DNA from: Candidatus Taenariivivens baikalensis
GTDB taxonomy: Bacteria; Omnitrophota; Omnitrophia; Omnitrophales; Aquincolibacteriaceae
Direction of reading: 5' to 3'
NCBI GenBank assembly: GCA_009691445.1
Contig: SICL01000008.1
Location: forward strand, 1-63,939
Length of the DNA: 63,939 bases
Position 1 is the first letter of the stretch. Every line of letters starts with the position of its first letter. Shown here piece by piece: positions 62,201 to 63,939 of this stretch. The position numbers were made by a program, and so were the translations under genes. The notes under the pieces are model-generated. The model was given only the letters and a program-made list of their open reading frames with translations, was not told the origin of the DNA and searched no databases.

Positions 62201-63939
62201 GAGAATTGCTTCCCACGAATCCTTGGTTGAAGAGGACGTATTGATACTTCATCGAATCTGCTTTTAGAAACTTCTCTTTTACTGTCTTCAGAGGGTCTCT
62301 CAAACCCAACATCTTTGCCGCAATCTTATAAGGCCTTCCACTCACATTGTTTTTGATTTTTATACGGAGACTTAAATTTCCAATCCTGAGCGGCATCGCT
62401 TCCTCTGAACCTGGTATCCGTGATCCATCCCCCCTCACTTCTGAGCGGTGCTTTGATGCCCGGCCACCTTTCGGGTGCCTGTCACCTACTTCTTTGGATC
62501 GTTTTTTTTCGTTAGCAAGACGTCTTTGGGCCTTAAGCGCTTTCACTTCTTCCGTCAAATTAAACTCTTTGACCCAATTCGAGACAGAAGCCACGGTAAC
62601 CGACTTACCCTTATAAATAATCTGCTTGGCCGTTTCCGTCAGGCTTCCCCAATTCGATCTGAGCAAGTCTAGGAGCCGCTTTTTGGTGGGATTTTTTCTG
62701 GGCTGTCCCGTCCAACCCCGGAAGCCCTTCGTAGCAGCACGAATCTCTTTTGCTTCTTTTAGTAATCCTGCCTTCTTAATGCGCCGCGAGGCTGTGCTCT
62801 TATCCACGCCAAGTTCGTCCGCAATTTTCTGCACAATCGCGTGATGTTTAACCAGTAAGCCTTCAAGCCGCGCGCGTTCTTTATCTCCAAAATCTTTCGT
62901 TGTTTCACTCCTCACTTCCGAGCGCGAGACAGGCGTAAAAAGAAAAATATTTTCCAGGGCATCGGGTGTCATCTGGATCCGCTCAAAACCCAGATCCTGC
63001 ATCAGTAAAATAAATAGCGGCATAAAATGCGCCGCAATAAATAACTGATTAACAACGGCTTGAAGACTTATTTTTTCGGAGGATTCTTTCGAGGCATATC
63101 GTGCCAACCCATCCACCAAGGCTGATTCGCTCCCCGATAAATTACTGTTGAGTAATTCCGGCAGATGGTGATAGGAGCCCACCTCAATCCATTCGATCGG
63201 GATATTCCTATTTTTGACTGTTGGTCCTCTAAGCATCGCCATATTTTCTCCTCGTCTTTCGAACCGGAAAAAAGCAGAATCATTAATTTGGACATAAACA
63301 AAATCTTGAGTGTAATCCAGATGAACGGCAACATGGATGGGCAAAAACGGCTGCGTTTTTTGTTTTTCGATCACCCAATCTCTCGGCGGATATTGACTAA
63401 AAAATTGGCGAGAAAATATGATGTACCCCATCACCATCTGATACTCCATAGAATCTACTCCGGCTTGATCCAACCTTTTGCGGGCCCCGTCCTGTTGAAT
63501 GCGATCCATAGGATCACCCGATTGATTGGAGACATAGTAACGATCCTTCGCATTTTTATCATCCATCACCCAGACCCGGGTTCCCTTAACCTTAGAAGAA
63601 TCACCCGACGGTGGATCGGCCGCGACTTCAATAGCCGCATCATGGGTGAAAATAATTTCCTGGGGTTTCGGCCAAGGAATATCAAAATGCCGGCGCGGCT
63701 TAGGATCAAGCAAGCCCCTCACCTCCGAGCGGTTAAATTGCTTGATGGTAGGTGAAAAAATCCCTGGAGAGGCCTTCTCGTATTGAGCGTATTTTGCTTG
63801 AACCATCGCGGTTAATTTTCCGCGGTGTTCAGAATTCTGAAGATCAAAATGATTTTCAAGGACGGCTTCTTCGATCATCTTTCCAAAACCAAGCAGCCAG
63901 CCCTTCACATCATTTTGATCAAGAATGTGATTCAAATCG
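56256..63939 (-). CDS. Giant multi-module protein (at least 2559 aa, frame open to the window edge) punctuated by R-S-E-V-R-type motifs
   Basis: Single uninterrupted minus-strand frame. The first in-window start candidate is a TTG at 63935, but the upstream codon is sense. It contains HTH-like stretches, an internal duplication and 12 RxE[VILM]R motifs. Confidence 0.8.
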   Translation of the reverse strand, partial: DLNHILDQNDVKGWLLGFGKMIEEAVLENHFDLQNSEHRGKLTAMVQAKYAQYEKASPGIFSPTIKQFNRSEVRGLLDPKPRRHFDIPWPKPQEIIFTHDAAIEVAADPPSGDSSKVKGTRVWVMDDKNAKDRYYVSNQSGDPMDRIQQDGARKRLDQAGVDSMEYQMVMGYIIFSRQFFSQYPPRDWVIEKQKTQPFLPIHVAVHLDYTQDFVYVQINDSAFFRFERRGENMAMLRGPTVKNRNIPIEWIEVGSYHHLPELLNSNLSGSESALVDGLARYASKESSEKISLQAVVNQLFIAAHFMPLFILLMQDLGFERIQMTPDALENIFLFTPVSRSEVRSETTKDFGDKERARLEGLLVKHHAIVQKIADELGVDKSTASRRIKKAGLLKEAKEIRAATKGFRGWTGQPRKNPTKKRLLDLLRSNWGSLTETAKQIIYKGKSVTVASVSNWVKEFNLTEEVKALKAQRRLANEKKRSKEVGDRHPKGGRASKHRSEVRGDGSRIPGSEEAMPLRIGNLSLRIKIKNNVSGRPYKIAAKMLGLRDPLKTVKEKFLKADSMKYQYVLFNQGFVGSNSRSIINTDPTTVVILGPNYRNQDSVISYGPVIMLSGSQQISGGIISNAEIYLEKGANPGWFLYAQNKIVAEDQARLSTKTTYTGSKIQDASAEIQRALLDTLNGLQDEVLKRPSESAKPESVLVPISLRKLETILPNAWFVIQQALTEHGVTKAPKHFRYLLANQNLTGMLAKRFVNRNPDLIVILGPAYNNHKGFASKGPIIALGAASMAPLVTASWMHLGPLAKITSSIYAQEGVSQDPKALINRTTIQNSTTDDPEVYELWKEMNRSTRDGDSGDSGPFQRKPRSEIRVQKVPFDLKEMAKMTDKDSWAVNTETIRSEMRMKRETELEFKIEKPVVRIFKSDQVRVSLQVVEEAFRDGVGRIHFDRVNNKIYWDHESINFASPQIANVRISRREFLKRHKRLHPDEEILAVLPNGNLGFNDWFAGVVDGKLFHYQRDALKPRDMLVIWTDGTMSIQKLWFKNKKGKIGVFDESGKNIAKKIRYAIYGQHIVKNGRDNLNKVAKQFDDLRHLFRLPMFERGTKQIHLGVSDRKGEIYRNHELVQKSLRGEAIELDLSPLDTFGITPEERDRVFENWEYQKLADAKSGNVLKPGQYFIREAEKKMVIKLLPGIHPHTFFGFTTKGKILAGIVPGKTHYRGAVLRDLIADLIERGAKNVFLWGNGKDVVIQLPQGKKLLRSAGSHSKALETIIISRHVRSEVRKGADIQAAIDLLRAFQVSEIGGTVSGTVTQVLDLLAKSKIPADQLTQVEDHAAKLEAHVSLEERANFPSVEPEFLTQALDLMRSQNIFSKSETGRAAQGMIEGEMGRIHFKEANAVSRSAAPGALLDLIRNGLIDSYQKALSFYEQALQHLPQSNPFYDKYQIREGFVQKSIASRYLYAARKSPSDTDKLDFYRKAETYFRQAQASLKRYNKRSRSAGETSMIIQKFLWNIKEERDKISEMNQVHGRDRELAETLRVVRAAQLAALGRRSRSEVRKIESGTSIRDVLRTPIDSLKIVRFRPELRGADPRPRAEVRNLSSRVSQSKPTRSELRTAPGAAAAVIQSQIRAYFKRMETARARSTTLHRWNRDINTAFTYRKQQKASGELSDDDAAKIDQSVTQEYLPQIKRFAQLIKSDPNLSEAIQAKQNRTFKSSEGLSAEELQKKSADYEKEYHALIPKLEKAYLEKNTDRLEFLNRGTVFFIKARLKAQLLKASKMLAAIENGDKVQKSDFTRNQLLAVLVSAGKLYQRLGEEYAWSWRRRIEEAGVKKIPVTSLDGVTEKIYDYSLFRIKVKAPTQIGEKKQVTIQQNFWVKDASIRGYVLRQKEMKLADLPTAVRQQVHILVSQEEDYGTVAFHRNALDFIEEMLGSKESTLSDYRRDQIVYHLEQIQNSKGGMRWGKTSQKTKARASLDLALAQIKSGQLEGARQQMNEVKSFLDERLKQIALKRGGIKRRYNYLGHQLRLNETGRILQTVLPALRSVSVNTGSIEEAKKGLQFIFAEFYQSIPLALSQYESLKREVSKSIQGLGQWQFDLHQDSKAPMSTVLAESLRRIESMTRSEVRGTEAQQDLEERTRNWQNADYLKRYMKGIIEGSSMDETLYLLTADRSSKPETLLSSVIYLTQYPGGITNVDDLDTLFAYATSLHEILESKSVILSRWTQVRDILAIALKTHTEYRDYFATEVSEKRIAFEAARSEMRRDELTGTQGRGSSAHPNHVRLTAKLGFDLDSLKNAENAFPVIQVVEVAGRFIDVRITGYENQRALLDQVQALNKSETPDWIQSLQKKDLVSDTPGWVADIYEDALPSPEEIQANRAIWASAHQGKTIVVLADSAKLKELQARAVEIVRQEAQWATQNQINLKNRFTIRVILRTANINHEIQKLSAQVLGQMKLWNKASGNEPDLSRYFVVTGRETILQSLNLSAALVVRPSYPSSRIMRAGHWITAAYSREMKAEKLTEQYGPVLQQMGNLMYLNTPALQGLAETLQTLFNSTLQTSSAA

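Noticed and set aside
57159-63731. RSEVR codons contain GAGGTGA or GGAGGTGA, considered as internal Shine-Dalgarno sites marking separate genes
   Set aside because: Most copies have no ATG/GTG/TTG at a suitable spacing downstream, and there are no stop codons upstream of them. Several variants (RSEIR, RSELR, RAEVR) lose the SD-like core while keeping the peptide pattern. A translational pausing effect remains possible.

Overview
This is about 64 kb of bacterial chromosome, probably from an uncultivated lineage; I cannot assign taxonomy from sequence alone. Nearly all genes are on the minus strand.

**Housekeeping backbone.** uppS-cdsA-dxr-rseP-proS, purA, serA, clpP-tig, pdxJ, cdaA-cdaR, malQ, dinB, rfbC and five tRNAs. 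Interspersed are accessory or unusual loci: two Fic genes, a GIY-YIG gene, a two-component cluster, an ECF sigma envelope cluster, and a low-GC island.

**Four points stand out:**
1. A giant ORF of at least 2559 aa (56256 to the window edge) is cut into protein-sized modules by 12 copies of the pentapeptide R-[SAP]-E-[VILM]-R. The motif is conserved at the peptide level, not the DNA level. It also occurs in a second large ORF (1..3151, minus strand) that is absent from the supplied ORF track because it has no stop codon inside the window.
2. There is a pervasive class of hairpin elements whose arms are tandem imperfect 7-nt words. The word sequence differs between loci but the architecture is the same. 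They occur between genes and also, frame-preserving, inside coding regions.
3. There are classical TIR-bounded miniature elements. One 105-nt copy sits in frame between the kinase and receiver domains of a hybrid histidine kinase.
4. Three partial tRNA copies (Phe, Lys, Arg) all break in the anticodon loop and abut hairpin-rich DNA. The Phe copies bracket a 4.6-kb low-GC island that encodes a 1089-aa secreted protein.

**Limits.** All functional calls rest on motifs I recognise by eye in the translations. No searches or computations were run.
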